The position numbers and the translations under genes are program-made. Shown in pieces: positions 40,001 through 52,430 of a DNA stretch of 64,000 nt. The DNA lies in NCBI GenBank assembly GCA_036785375.1, contig JAWMAR010000148.1, positions 4,278,001 through 4,342,000 of the forward strand, read 5' to 3'. Numbering within the stretch: position 1 is the stretch's first letter; each line of letters starts with the position of its first letter. This DNA is from Leucoraja ocellata (lineage: Eukaryota). The notes below the pieces were generated by a model. That model saw only the letters and a list, made by a program, of their open reading frames with translations, searched no databases and had not been told where the DNA came from.

Positions 40001-42240
40001 TCCCCATATTTTATGCACATAATAATAAAAAAACATTACATAACAATGAATAAATAATATCAACTTGACATTAAGAACACTGGCTCCAGAGTGCTGCCAT
40101 AGTCACATTAGCTTTTTGAAGCCCTGTTCTGGTACTCGGAGTTCAGAACTTAGCCTTGGCTCCCAATCAAACTCAATTAGGCAGTTTCATTACAGTTTGG
40201 TCATCTAAATAGAGGTAAATCTTGCAGTACGGGGTCAGACATCCCAAACTTTCATGCAGTTAGACCAATTCAGATTACAGATACATCTCCAGCTCAGCCT
40301 GTTCTCCTGACTATTATTAGCGTAAAGAAAAGAAAAGTAAATGATAAAAAAGATCAAATGACTTGAGAATCTGGAAAATATACTTCCATAAAATACAAAT
40401 TTAACATTTACTTTGGACCCAATTAGGTTAGAGGACCATATATTCCAAAACAAACCTAGAAGCACTAATGTCCAGAAAGATTCAGGGATCTATGTGCATA
40501 GTGGACAAGGGTGTGATAGGATTGCTTTCAAGATATCAAGGAGAGACAAGAGTGTTTGGAAGAAATAATTTCCATTGGTTGAAAGTTCAAAATCTGGAGA
40601 CATGCCTAAAAGTTTGAACCAGATAAAGTGTGATTGAAGTTAAAATGTAACCTGTAAATTGAATTTAATGCTATGGCGTTAGTCAATTTAAAATCTGTGA
40701 TAGACTAGTTTTTAAAAAATGAAAAAAATATGGGCAAAGGCAGGTACGTGAAGCTAGATTAATCATGATTGCACTGACGTGTGGGAAAAGGCCAGATGGG
40801 CTAAATCACTTATTCCTGTTCCTACATTATGATGTTCACAATTCTGGTTTTGTTGGATGGTGGAATTAAATGTAGCCATTGAAAATTAAGAGATAATTCT
40901 TGTTCTGGAAAAAGTTGTGTGACTTCCATAATGAATGGATTAGGAAGGAACTACAGATGCTGGTTTAAACCGAAGATAGACATAAAATGCTGGAGTAAGG
41001 GTATCGAAGGAAGAAGGGTCTGAAGAAGGGTCTCGATCTGAAACGTAACCCATTCCTTCTCTCCAGAGATGCTGCCTGTTCCGATGGACCAAGTCTCATT
41101 TGCTTGGGAGTGGTGAGAAAAGGTTCAACTGCAGACTGAATGTGAGCAACTTGAATTAATGCATAACATTTGACTCTAATTTTCTAACCATATCCATAAA
41201 TACTCATTAATTGTTTATCAAGCTTAATTGTAGAATGCCGCATTCAATAAGTGTGTATCATAGCAATTAATTTGTTTACTTCCAAATCAGAATAATTTGA
41301 ATTGACTCCATGAAGCACATCATTCAAGTCCAAGAAAATACGGCATAAATCGAGATGCCAAATAACACAGCTTTAAAAAACAAAAACAAATTTAAAAAAG
41401 ATTTTCTTTAATAAAAGTGCACTCATAGCTTACCATGTTAAGAACAGAAACAAAGTCCATTATCCACTTTACTTCAGCATGAGCTTCTTTATGAAGAGAA
41501 TGTTTAATAGGACAGTGTTGGAGTTCATGACAATCGATACACCATCTTGCTGGCTACAAAACAATGTGTGAAGACAACTGGGGTTAACCCCATTTGTTAC
41601 TGCATGGTACACTGTGTGCACATGGTGTCATCCTGATATATACACACATCCATAATTAAAACTGTGCTAGTGAATTTGCAGTGGTATCAGTTTCATTATA
41701 ACTGATTGGCACAGAGATGCTTGTACCTACGAGAATAAATTATTTAATTTATTCTCTGGGGTTTGGTTCTGAGAGTCTTTTAAATGACATGATTCTGATT
41801 TAATTTTAGCTGAAATATAAGCGGCGTTTAGCTCCAGCAGGACCTCGTGTATTTAATCTGGCCTCCCTCTATGGAGCACGTTAGCATACTTGTGGATAAT
41901 TACTGCTTTACACAACTATTCTGTTCATCAGCAAGTCTGTGTCAGAGTCTGCATTTTCTTTTCATGTTTTACCATGGCAATCACTACATTCAGGCTTAGT
42001 ATGACAATGCTATCTTTTCTTCCACCACACCAAACTCAGAATTCAAGTTGCAGTGATTAGATGAACTAAGCAGAAAAGACTCCGATACATGATTTCTAAG
42101 ACTAATCAAGAATCTGCTAACTCAGCATTTGCAGTGAAGACTGAAGTCCAATTCATCTACATCGAACTACACACAAAGACACACACACACAAAACCACAG
42201 TCACACGCAGACACACACGCAAGCACACACAGCCAGATGT

Positions 42241-42243
<3 letters not shown>

Positions 42244-42289
<46 letters not shown>
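42244..42289. repeat. (CA)n microsatellite
   Basis: About 23 perfect CA units, with degenerate CA-rich sequence upstream. Confidence 0.97.
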
Positions 42290-42291
<2 letters not shown>

Positions 42292-43594
42292 GTCTGTGGA
42301 TCACCAACGTCTCTGGCAAAACTGTTACTCGTGCTTTCTCATTTATACTAACAGATCTGGTTGAGTAAATATCATTAAATTTTAAATTTAGTTGAGCGAT
42401 ATGGGTCAGAAATTAAAAAAAAGAAATTGGGTAGAAAGGAAAGCAGGAGTTATCAGTACACCAATGCACATCACAGTTGTGTGGATGTTATACATTTGTT
42501 AGGAGGTTTGAAATTACAGATACAGGAATCTGGTGCAAAAGAAATGGAGCAATCCTGGAATAAGTCAGTGGATCAGACAGCATCTGTGGAAATGAAGTGG
42601 ATAGTCGGTTTCAGGTTGAGACCATTCATTTGGACTGAAAAGGAGTGAGGAAGTATCACGGAAAGGGTATCAAGCGGTGGAAGTGGGGAGGCAAGAGCCA
42701 GTAAATAACAGGTGAAGAGGGATTGATTGGCAGATAAGAGCCAGGTGAGAAGGGAAGGATGTAGAAAGCAGAAGAGCCTGGGATGTGATAAGTAGGGAAC
42801 AGAAGTCTGCAGATTCTGGAATCAGATGGGAAAGGAAGTTGAAGAGTGGAATTGAATAAAGAGGGATGGTGGCAGATCGACAATAGACAATATGTGTAGG
42901 AGTAGGCCATTTGGCCCTTCGAGCCAGCACTTCCATTCAGTGTGATCATGGCTGTTCATCCACAATCAGTACCCCGTTCCTGCCTTCTCCCCATATCCCT
43001 TGACTCCACTATCTTTAAGAGCTCTATCTAACTCTCTCTTGAAAGCATCCAGAGAACTGGCCTCCACCGCCCTCTGAGGCAGTGGCCAAGAGTGGAAAGG
43101 GATGAGCAGTGAGGTGGTAGGTGATTCCAATGGGAGGAGTATACAAGTGATGAGCAGATGGTATACATATGGGGAGGGGAGAGAAACAGAGTGATAGGTA
43201 ACTGGGAGGGGAGGGGAGGGTGGGGCGGGGGAAAGAATGCTGTGGGGAAAAAACAAGTGTGTGAGAGAACCAGGGTAGATGGGGGATACAAAAACTGAGG
43301 TGGCACGGGTTTCTTGAAATTGAAGAATTCAATGTTCATGGTGTTGGGGTAGAATATTTAGACAGAATGCTCCAGTTTGCGTTTGGCCTCAACATTGCAG
43401 TGGAGGTGTCGGAGAATAAACAGGTCGATGTGGGAATGGGAAGGGGAATTAAAACGTGAGATCCAGATCTCCAGAATGGACAGAGCTCTGGTGCTCGGCA
43501 AAGTTTTAATTTAAACAATTTTAAATGTTTTGAACTTAAGTGACAAAGTCACTTGTTGAAAACTGCAAACCTTCTAGCATTGCACATATAATAC

Positions 43595-43628
43595 CTTTCT
43601 TCTGAAACTGGCTGTTAAGGACTTCCAT
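43595..43628 (-). CDS. ATOSA: Candidate first coding exon of ATOSA (MEVLNSQFQKK + G), within a putative 50-nt exon 43595-43644
   Basis: Acceptor ttttgttag above 43644 and donor AAG|GTATTA below 43595. ATG at 43628 gives 34 nt ending in phase 1 with G, which completes GAT (Asp) with the next exon. No homology support that I can recognise. Confidence 0.4.
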
Positions 43629-43934
43629 ACATCAGCTTGGAAGTCTAACAAAATATGTGAGTGGGCATAGTTAATTTATTAGGCTTCCAAACAGAACTAA
43701 TTCTGATCACGCCAATTTTATTCAAAGTTGTACTTGAGAAAATGGTTGCTTGTCTCATTGTCAATGGAAAACATGAAAAAAAGACTCAAATCCTGGCTTA
43801 AATTACATATTTATGTAAGAATGTTCTAATTTTCTGGGTGGGTGGGTGTCGTGGGTGCAAGGTTATATTATTAAGATTTCACAGGGATGTTAACAGAATA
43901 GGGAAGGACAGTGCACACAGAGGGCATGTTCTCA

Positions 43935-44091
43935 ATGTTTGTCTCAACTCTGGGGTGGGAGATTGCAACCTTCACGTGGTCCGCCCTGTTTCGACGAATG
44001 CAATCAACCTGGCATGCACAATCAAATAAGGTCAAATAGAACAAGTTGTCCTACAACTTTAGGCTGTGCATGCCACACGCAAGAAGAAGAA
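43935..44091 (+). repeat. Unclassified retroposon 3' end with (GAA)n tail. Second copy at 22983-23113
   Basis: Both copies share CAACCTTCACGTGGTCC.CCCTGTTTCGAC...CCTACAACTTTAGGCTGTG...ACGCAAGAAGAAGA. Confidence 0.75.
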
Positions 44092-47000
44092 GTCTTGACT
44101 CAGATGTTGCTGGATCTTCTGCACATAGCCAGCATTTTCTGTTTTTATTGCACATCTTTAGTTCCAATTTTTCTATTTAGCCTTTGGTTGAAATACTGTA
44201 TACGTTTAGTGAAAGCACAGACAGTCTTGACTAGGTTATCCTCAAGAAATCATACATAGAGAGTAGGTGGTATCTGGAATGTACCACCAGAGGATCTAGT
44301 GGAATCAGACACAAGCACTATGTTTAAGAGGCATTTAGGCAGGACATGCAGGCAAATGGGATTAGTATAGATAAGGAAACGCGTGCTCTCTGACTGTGAC
44401 TCTAAAAGTTGGAAGTTCAAATCTTGCTGACAGTTATCACGCAAATTTATTTGGTCTGGATAAAGAAGACAAATCTTGTTGAGCTGAAGCATCCCAGACT
44501 TTGGTGACGAGTTTTAAATATTGACAAGGGCTAATACTGAGTGGAAAAGCTCACTCCCAAAACTCGCAAGATAGCTGACAAAAATCATAACCCCAGTTTT
44601 GCCTGCTGCCAGAACAATAAGGATCTAATTGAAAATGTAAAACATTACAATCCCCTGCCCAAAGTTGAACAATGCTCCCTTTGGTTCAGCTCACCTCCTC
44701 CTAATAAAAGGTGTTACAATGGGAACCTCCACATCTGAGTTTTCATGCAATAGGACGAGCATTCTTTGTTCTATCCATGTTTGTGTTCAGACATACTGTT
44801 ACCATGTAACTTGCCATGACTGCTTGCCACCTCACTTTGGTTCACTCTCAACCTTCCACCGTCCCTCTGAAACCTAATGGAAGCTTGAAGACCACATCTG
44901 ACCTTACTATACAGTATTTTATACCTTTCAGTTTCAACAATTATTTCAATAACTTTTTATCATAATTTTTGATTTTGCCCTTTTCATTTACAGCATCTCC
45001 ATTCCAATTTCTTGTGTAGTAAATATTTTGCCGACATTGTCATACCGTTTTATTAATTCATCACTCCACCCCTCACTCCACATGAGCTTTTCTTCTATTC
45101 TTTCGCTCCATCACCCATTGCTCTCGTTTTCCTCCAACTTCCTGCTGTTCGCACTGAATGTTAGCACTCTCGCTCCACAGACACCTGACCAGCATTTTGC
45201 ACTCTTCTAGCGAAGCAACTCTTCTGGATGGCACTTGGAATCTATACAACAAATGATCATCTGCACTGAAGCATCAGCCTTGGGATCAAAAGTGTTATGT
45301 ACTTGCAATTCACCATCCATTAAGCTAATTCAGATTCATAGATAGCTCTCATGCCTCAAATTCAGAAGGATGTGTGCTCCAGTACACTCCAAAAAGGTGA
45401 GCGCATTACAACAACATACTAATTCTGTACAGACAATATTCCAGTTAGAATTAATATCTTCTGAAATGTGATACTAAATTAAGCTTTTGCCTGCCCACTC
45501 TGTTGTATTTAAATGTTCCAGAAGCATTGCAAGAAATAATAATTATTTATTTTGTTGGCTCGATTAATCTCAAATCAAACAATACCAATGTTTGACCCTC
45601 ATGCAGCACCGCCAGTCTTTTATATTTGTCTTACTACCGTGTGCAAAATGGAAGCCATATTTTCTCATATCACGTTAACTGTTTCATTAACCACAAAGTA
45701 TGCCGAAGTCCAAGTACTATAATGGTGACACATGAAAGAGAACTACAAATTGGATAGGCTCAGGTGCTTGGTGGCCAAATTTACCTTTAAAAAGCAGAAA
45801 TATACAGTATCATTGAAACAACATCCATCATATCACTAGCCAGGTTTTGTCATGTCTCTCCCCCCACCCCCACCCCCTCTTTTCCAGCTTTCTCCCCCCC
45901 ACCCCCCTTACAACAATTAATCTAAAGAAGGGTCCAAAGCCGAAACATCACCCATTCATGTCTTCTACAGATGCTGCCTGACCTGCTGAGCGACTCCAGC
46001 ACTGTCTTTTTTTGGAAACCGGCGTCTGCAGTTCCTTGCGTCTCCATCATAATATTGATCCAAATGCTGATAAATTAAACCACTGCATATATTTTATTTC
46101 ACTTCGGCATTGTTATTATTCCATTAGATGAAAAATAATGAATATATCTTTCTATTGTCATGTTTGTGGTTTCCTCAAGTGGTGCTTTGTAGTTAGAAGT
46201 TAAATGCAATTTCTCTCTAATGAATCGTTTAAAGATGTCTTACTATGTTTTTCCAGATTCAACGTGAACTGCCGGCTCTGACTGAATACTAAAATAGAAA
46301 ACTACACGAATAGGCCCTTTGGCCTAAAGCACAGGAACATGCCCTTACTCCACAATATTAGTGCCAACCATGACGCCGATCAAAACTAATCCTATCTACC
46401 TGCACATGGTCCATTTCTCTCAATTTCCTACCCGTTCATATGTCTGTCTAAATATCTCTTAACCCTCCCCTGTCAATATGCTCCAGACATTCACCACATA
46501 ACAAAGAATTTGCCTCATAAATCTCCTTTAAACCTTAAACCATACTTGCGCAAGGCAGTTGAGAAACAGGAGATAGCACCTGCAGCTCATTTTCTACGAG
46601 TTTAACATCTCTGCTCATATAATGAGTCTTTCTCTGCCATATTCAAGAATTTTCAAATCAGGTTTCTGACACCAATTACAATCCAATCCATTGGAAATAC
46701 CTCAATAACTGCTTGCTTTATGATTACTGTGATTTGATACCATTTAATTACCTCCACATTGCTTTTAAATCAACACTATTAAATTTGTTTCAAGCAAAAC
46801 TGAGCAGATTCTGAAGTTATTGTAATTGGCTCATTCTCCAAATTACTGGTCTGAAATTACACTTCCCTTTGCTTTTGTGGAATTTACGACCGATACAAGA
46901 AATTGAATACCATAAAAAATGTTGAAATTCTATATTTTTTTGCAGATCAAGTTAATCTTTTCTCTATTTGGTAATTATTTCCACATATTCAATATATTCT

Positions 47001-47799
47001 TAAGTATCCATGCTTTTCTGCATTTAATTTGGATAATATTTCCACAAGGCTAAAATTGCAACAGTAGTTCAAGACCAGTTGTTAAGCCATACGTAATTTA
47101 GCTTATTTTTGAATGTCTCTAAAGTATTCTCAACTTGTACTTAATAGATTAGGTGAGCAAAGTTGGAGTGTAGAAATGTATTTTGAAAAGGTTTAGCAAA
47201 CTGTGTGTCTTACATAAAATTTGTAAGTATGTCAGACTACAATTTAAATGCAACGTATACATAAATCTAGCTATCAAATAAAGTAATTCACAGCAACAGA
47301 AGTTAATATTTACAACAGCAGAGCCCTAAAGAAAACCAGTGGGCAGTAAAATGGAAAACTTCAGTGCGAAAAAAAAGCAATAAAATGCTGCAGTTTGTTA
47401 GATATCATTCACTTTAATTAAAGATATATATGCTTTAAGCAAGGAAACATTTTATAGTGTAAAAGGGCAGAAAAGTAGATAAGCAATTTACATGAAGCAA
47501 CATCAGATTTACATAATTATCGTTGCAATTTCCACAGTAAAAACGTAATTAAGTACAGAGTACTGCCATTCAGGTCAAAACAACTTTCTTGAAATCCAAT
47601 TTTCAGAAAGGTATGCAATATGCCAGATGTACACGATGAATTACAACCCCATCAAGAAACAGATAAAAGATCAAAATATTTAAGTACAGAATAAACAATT
47701 TGTGAATTTGCCAAAATTAAGTTTTGAAATTTCAAGCATACTGAAAGGAATATTTCGGAAACTAATGAAAAGTAGCATGGGTATTTTCTCAAGCACCCC

Positions 47800-48200
47800 C
47801 CCGGAGAAGAAAGGAGAAATAAAGAGGAGGAGCCCGAGGGCTGAGGGAGAGCTGAGAAGGGGAGGAGACAGCAAGGGCTACCGGAAATTGGAGAAGTCAA
47901 TGTTTATGCCGTTAGGGTGCAGACTGCCCAAGGTGAGGTGCTGCTCCTCCAATTTCCGGTGGTGTTCACTCTGGCCATGGAGGATGCCCAGGACAGAAAG
48001 GTCGGATTCGGAATGGGAGGGGGAGTTGAAGTGCTGAGCCACCGGAAGATCAGGTTGATTAATGCGGACCGAGCGGAGGTGTTCGACGAAACGATCACCA
48101 AGCCTAAGCTTGGTCTCACCAATGTAGATCAGCTGACACCTACAGCAGCAGATGCAATAGATGAGGTTGGAGGAGATCCTCCAATCTCATCTATTGCATT
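47800..48200 (-). mobile_element. Penelope-like element 3' fragment encoding a GIY-YIG endonuclease
   Basis: Open frame 48174 to 47878: SSNLIYCICCCRCQLIYIGETKLRLGDRFVEHLRSVRINQPDLPVAQHFNSPSHSESDLSVLGILHGQSEHHRKLEEQHLTLGSLHPNGINIDFSNFR*. Shows LIY...YIGET, R, E and N motifs plus CxxC and His residues typical of Penelope endonucleases. Confidence 0.92.
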
Positions 48201-50389
48201 CTGAAAATATTACAGAAGTTCTGAAGGTAACGGGGGGCTTGGTGACAAATGGGATGGTAGGAATGAGGATCAATGATCATATAAAGGGTGGTGGGAATTA
48301 ATATCCTATAGATACAAGAAATAATTTTAGTAACACTTCCAATGTATGCACAAATGCAATTAACCCGAGGTGGAATGAATAAAATTCATGCGATTAAAGA
48401 CACAGGAAGGTGCTGTGCTTAACAGAAATAAATCTTGACTCTGTTAAATTGCTTGAGGGTCAAAATTAAAGTTATGTCCATATGATCTTGAGTTTTCCAT
48501 TGATACCAAAACTAGTGATTCTGTTGATACCACAACAATTAGATAATTAAAAGGATCGAACAAGTGCGCAGACTCAGTGGTCCGAAGTGCCTGTTTCCAC
48601 GCTGTATCTCTAACTAAAACAAACAATCCCAGAGAGCACATACAGTGAAAATGGAAGAACAGCAAAACAAATCTGATACCATATTGTACTAACAGCAAGG
48701 GGAACAAGAAAAGGAGGGCAGGAGCTTGCCATTCATATTAAGAGAAAAGATATTGGAAAAAAATGTTTTAGTAGATGTTAAGTGCTAAAGTAGTAATAGC
48801 TGCTGAGAGAGACATCGATCTGAGCTCTGGACAACTGAAAAGCTCCAATCCTGAGAATGCTTTGGGGGGGGGGGGGGGGGGGGAGGATGGTGGGGGATAG
48901 AAATCCGGGTATGTGCCAAGGTAATTGAAAACAGAACAAAACAGTTTGAAGCTGGAAAGTTAATCAGAGGTTATCTGGCAAAGGGAGTTCAAAAGTTAAC
49001 TTTGTGCAGTAGTTTATGAATTGAGGGTTGCAGGGTGCCTAGAGCTGACTGGGAATTAAAAGTGAAAAAAAAAATCTTAACCACAATAGAAACTACTTTT
49101 TGAACAAAGGTTTCCATGAAGGATTTGTTTTAAATTGGAACAATCCAGTAACATTATTTTATATACATGATTATTGAATTAGTTAATGCAAACTTTAAAA
49201 AAAAAGTCAACCCAGTAATTTGAAGCCAAGATTTGAGAAAACTACCACTAAAGGTCACATTTTGAAACGTGATTAAATACAAAGCCTCAGTCTTTCAATG
49301 TCTTGGTGCAATGACATCAGTACAGCAAAATAAAAAAAGGTCACATTATCAAGCACTGCTGCCTAAGCTCATTGCAAAAGCCTTTTTACAAGGAGTCCTA
49401 GTTTCTTTGTGATAAGGAGATTTATTCTCTTGAGTTGTACTATGGGATATTGTTTCAACTTCTCATGTAAAAGGGGTAATTATGATAACCAAAGTAGTCA
49501 GTCAAATCCCTTACAATCATGGTTTTCAATTTTTTTTTTGTTTGCAAGAATCCCTGAAAATACCAACATGTCCCCTGGAGACTCCCTGCAAATGCTGATT
49601 ACCCTGGGGGGATGCTGTTCCCTGAAAAATAACACTAGTTATCCATGGACAAACACTGATTTTGTTTTAAAGGATCCACAATGACAGAAATAAAATGCAA
49701 GAATGGTAAACACAACTGTGATCCCTCTGGGAATCCCTGCCAATCCCCAGCATCTCCTTGCAGGCCTCACAGAATCAGGACTTCATGTTTGAAACTATGC
49801 CCCAGAACATTTACAGAATTAAAATCCACAGTATAAGTCAACCTACAGATGAAAATAAATTAACATGATTTTGACATCAGTAAGATATAATCAAGCAAGA
49901 ATTTGAATATGTATTGGAAGTTGCAATGAATCGTATTTAGAAACTACTTCAACTAGTCTTTTGGATTTTGCATCGCACTTTGGCTTTGTCCAACAATCTG
50001 TCCATCAAAAACCACTCATACCTGTCCACACCTATAATTGCCAGGCTTTGTTCTACCCCTGGTAGACAGTGGGTCAGGCAGCATCTCTGGAGAAAAAGGA
50101 TGGGTGATGTTTCGAGTCAGTACCGTTCTTCAGACTGAAAGTAAACGGGAGGGAACTGGAGGTAAAAAAAAAGACCTGAACAAAGCAGGGCTAGTAACAG
50201 ATGACCAAGGAAGTGCAGATCCCATATTGGCCCATTGTTCAAGGTATCCCTGTTTTGTCCTACCCCTCTTTCAACTTTCTCCGCCCCCACAACCAGTCTG
50301 AAGAAGGGCCCCGACCCAAAATGTCACCTACCCATGTTCTCCAAAGATTGCTGCCTAACCCGATGAGTCACTCCAGCAGTTTGTGTCTT

Positions 50390-50632
50390 TTTTCACACAG
50401 AGAGTGGTGAATCTCTGGAATTCTCTGCCACAGAGGGTAGTTGAGGCCAGTTCATTGGCTATATTTAAGAGGGAGTTAGATGTGGCCCTTGTGGCTAAGG
50501 GGATCAGGGGGTATGGCGAGAAGGCAGGTACGGGATACTGAGTTGGATGATCAGCCATGATCATATTGAATGGCGGTGCAGGCTCGAAGGGCCGAATGGC
50601 CTACTCCTGCACCTAATTTCTATGTTTCTATG
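50390..50632 (+). mobile_element. CR1/HER1-like 3' end. Other tail fragments at about 1385-1500, 1980-2205, 3325-3430, 4345-4535, 7160-7295, 10400-10690, 10820-11030, 21880-22270, 31260-31555, 39680-40010, 42880-43085 and 53270-53520
   Basis: Near-identical to the reverse complement of 24228-24470. Confidence 0.88.
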
Positions 50633-51234
50633 TTTTTTAGATTTTCCTTTTCTCAATTCATGATTCATACGTTTACATTTTCCACGGAAATCTTTAACAA
50701 ACTTAGTTAAAAACCCTTCCAAACAAAAATGCAAATTACAATCCACATATTATCTCAAATCCGAAATGCTAACCAATTATCGCCTGTGTTTATTTCTTAT
50801 TTGTTGCTTTGATTTGTTTGAAATTTGTGGCCGTGGTGATTTGGAAAGAGGCGTTCTTTTTGCTGTCACTGAGTGTTGCGTAAATCCTAGAACGGAATAC
50901 CAAGATTTACAACTATTAACAAAATGAGATACGCAAATGAACAAGAACATCAATTTAAATATTGCATGGACTTTGGAAGTTCCACGGCAACCACTAAGAT
51001 TAAATACCTGGGCACTTTTGCTCTGTAGTTTGATAACTCACAGGCGAATAAATGTTATATGTTTTAAGCTATCTCTAATTCACCTTTCCATAGTAGAACT
51101 TTATTGTTTAATAGTATATTGTTTCATAGAAGAACCGTTACTATTATTTTAAGCAATCCTAGTAGAAAGGAACAGTGGGAACCACCACCTCCACATGTTC
51201 CGAACCTCATTCAGTCCTTCTATGAGAATATGCA

Positions 51235-52430
51235 TGGTACAGTTTCCCCATAAGAAATGGAGTGAAGTAAGGCTGTGTCCTAGCGGCCATTGTTCAGCAT
51301 CTGCCTATCTGCCTTTCTGTCCGTTACCTTCCCGACAGACACGGAAGGAGTGTATAATGACACCAGAAGCGACGGGAAGCTCTTCAATCTAGCAAGGGTG
51401 AAAGTCAAGATGAAGGCGAGTACCATGCTTTTAAGGGAACTTCTGTACACTGTCCCAACTGTCTGCACTCATTGCCCCAACGATAGGAGGACTTCTAGGG
51501 CTGATGGAGAGACTGTCTCATGCTTGCAATAAAGACCGACTGACAATCAGCATTAAGACGACTGTTGTCAAGGGTCAAGGCACTCACCCTAAACACCACT
51601 CTGCTAGAAGCAGTCAACAAATTTGCCTACCTAATATCTAAGGTGACCGATAGCCTACCTCTGGATGAGGAAATCAATTTACGCATTGGTAAAGTAACAA
51701 CTACCGTCGGATGTCCAACCAAGTGGGCATGGAAGAAAAGGAACTCACAATCAAGACCAAGATAACTGTCTACAAAGCGTGCATCTTGAACACGTTACTG
51801 TACAGCAGTGAAGCTTGGACGACTTATCTACATCAAGAATAGAAATTGAATAATTTTCATTTCTGCTGTCTACGCATCCTGGGAATTTCTTGGCAGGACA
51901 AAAATCACCAATGAATCTGTCCTCTCCCTGGCCAATATGCCTAGCATCCCTGTGATCCTCAAGCAGAAACGTGTCTCTGCTGGCTTGGACATGTACACAG
52001 GATGGAAAATGGAACCATCTCCAAAGATTGGCTATACAGGGAGGTCGCCACTACACGGAGACCAAGAGGAAGTCCAAAATTTGGCGACAAGAATACGACT
52101 AAAAGAGATATGTCAATTTTTTAATATTACCACTGACAACTGGGGAACATCTACTGAGGACTGGAGAAAGGCCCACCAGGCAGGTATGAAGGATCACAAC
52201 AGCATGTGGTTCAAGACCATGAAGGTCAGACACCTACACCACAAAATCGTCAATGGCAGCAGCAACACAATCCAACAGCCAGAGACAACTTCACCTGTGG
52301 AAGCTGTGTGAAGGTCTGCTTGTCAAGGATAGGCTAGTCAATCACAGCAGGAAATGCAACCATGGTTGAAACATTCCCCTCTCCAAGCAGGACAATGTCA
52401 AAGCCGCACCATCATCTCTCGAAGATGGAT
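51235..52430 (+). mobile_element. RTE-clade LINE, 3' portion, degraded
   Basis: TRSDGKLFNLARVKVK...LLRELLY, VYKACILNTLLYSSEAWT, RILGISWQD and a terminal CxxC-like segment, with frameshifts. Confidence 0.85.

Noticed and set aside
47702-48204. Plus-strand ORFs of 111 and 95 aa
   Set aside because: Antisense shadows of the Penelope GIY-YIG frame on the minus strand.
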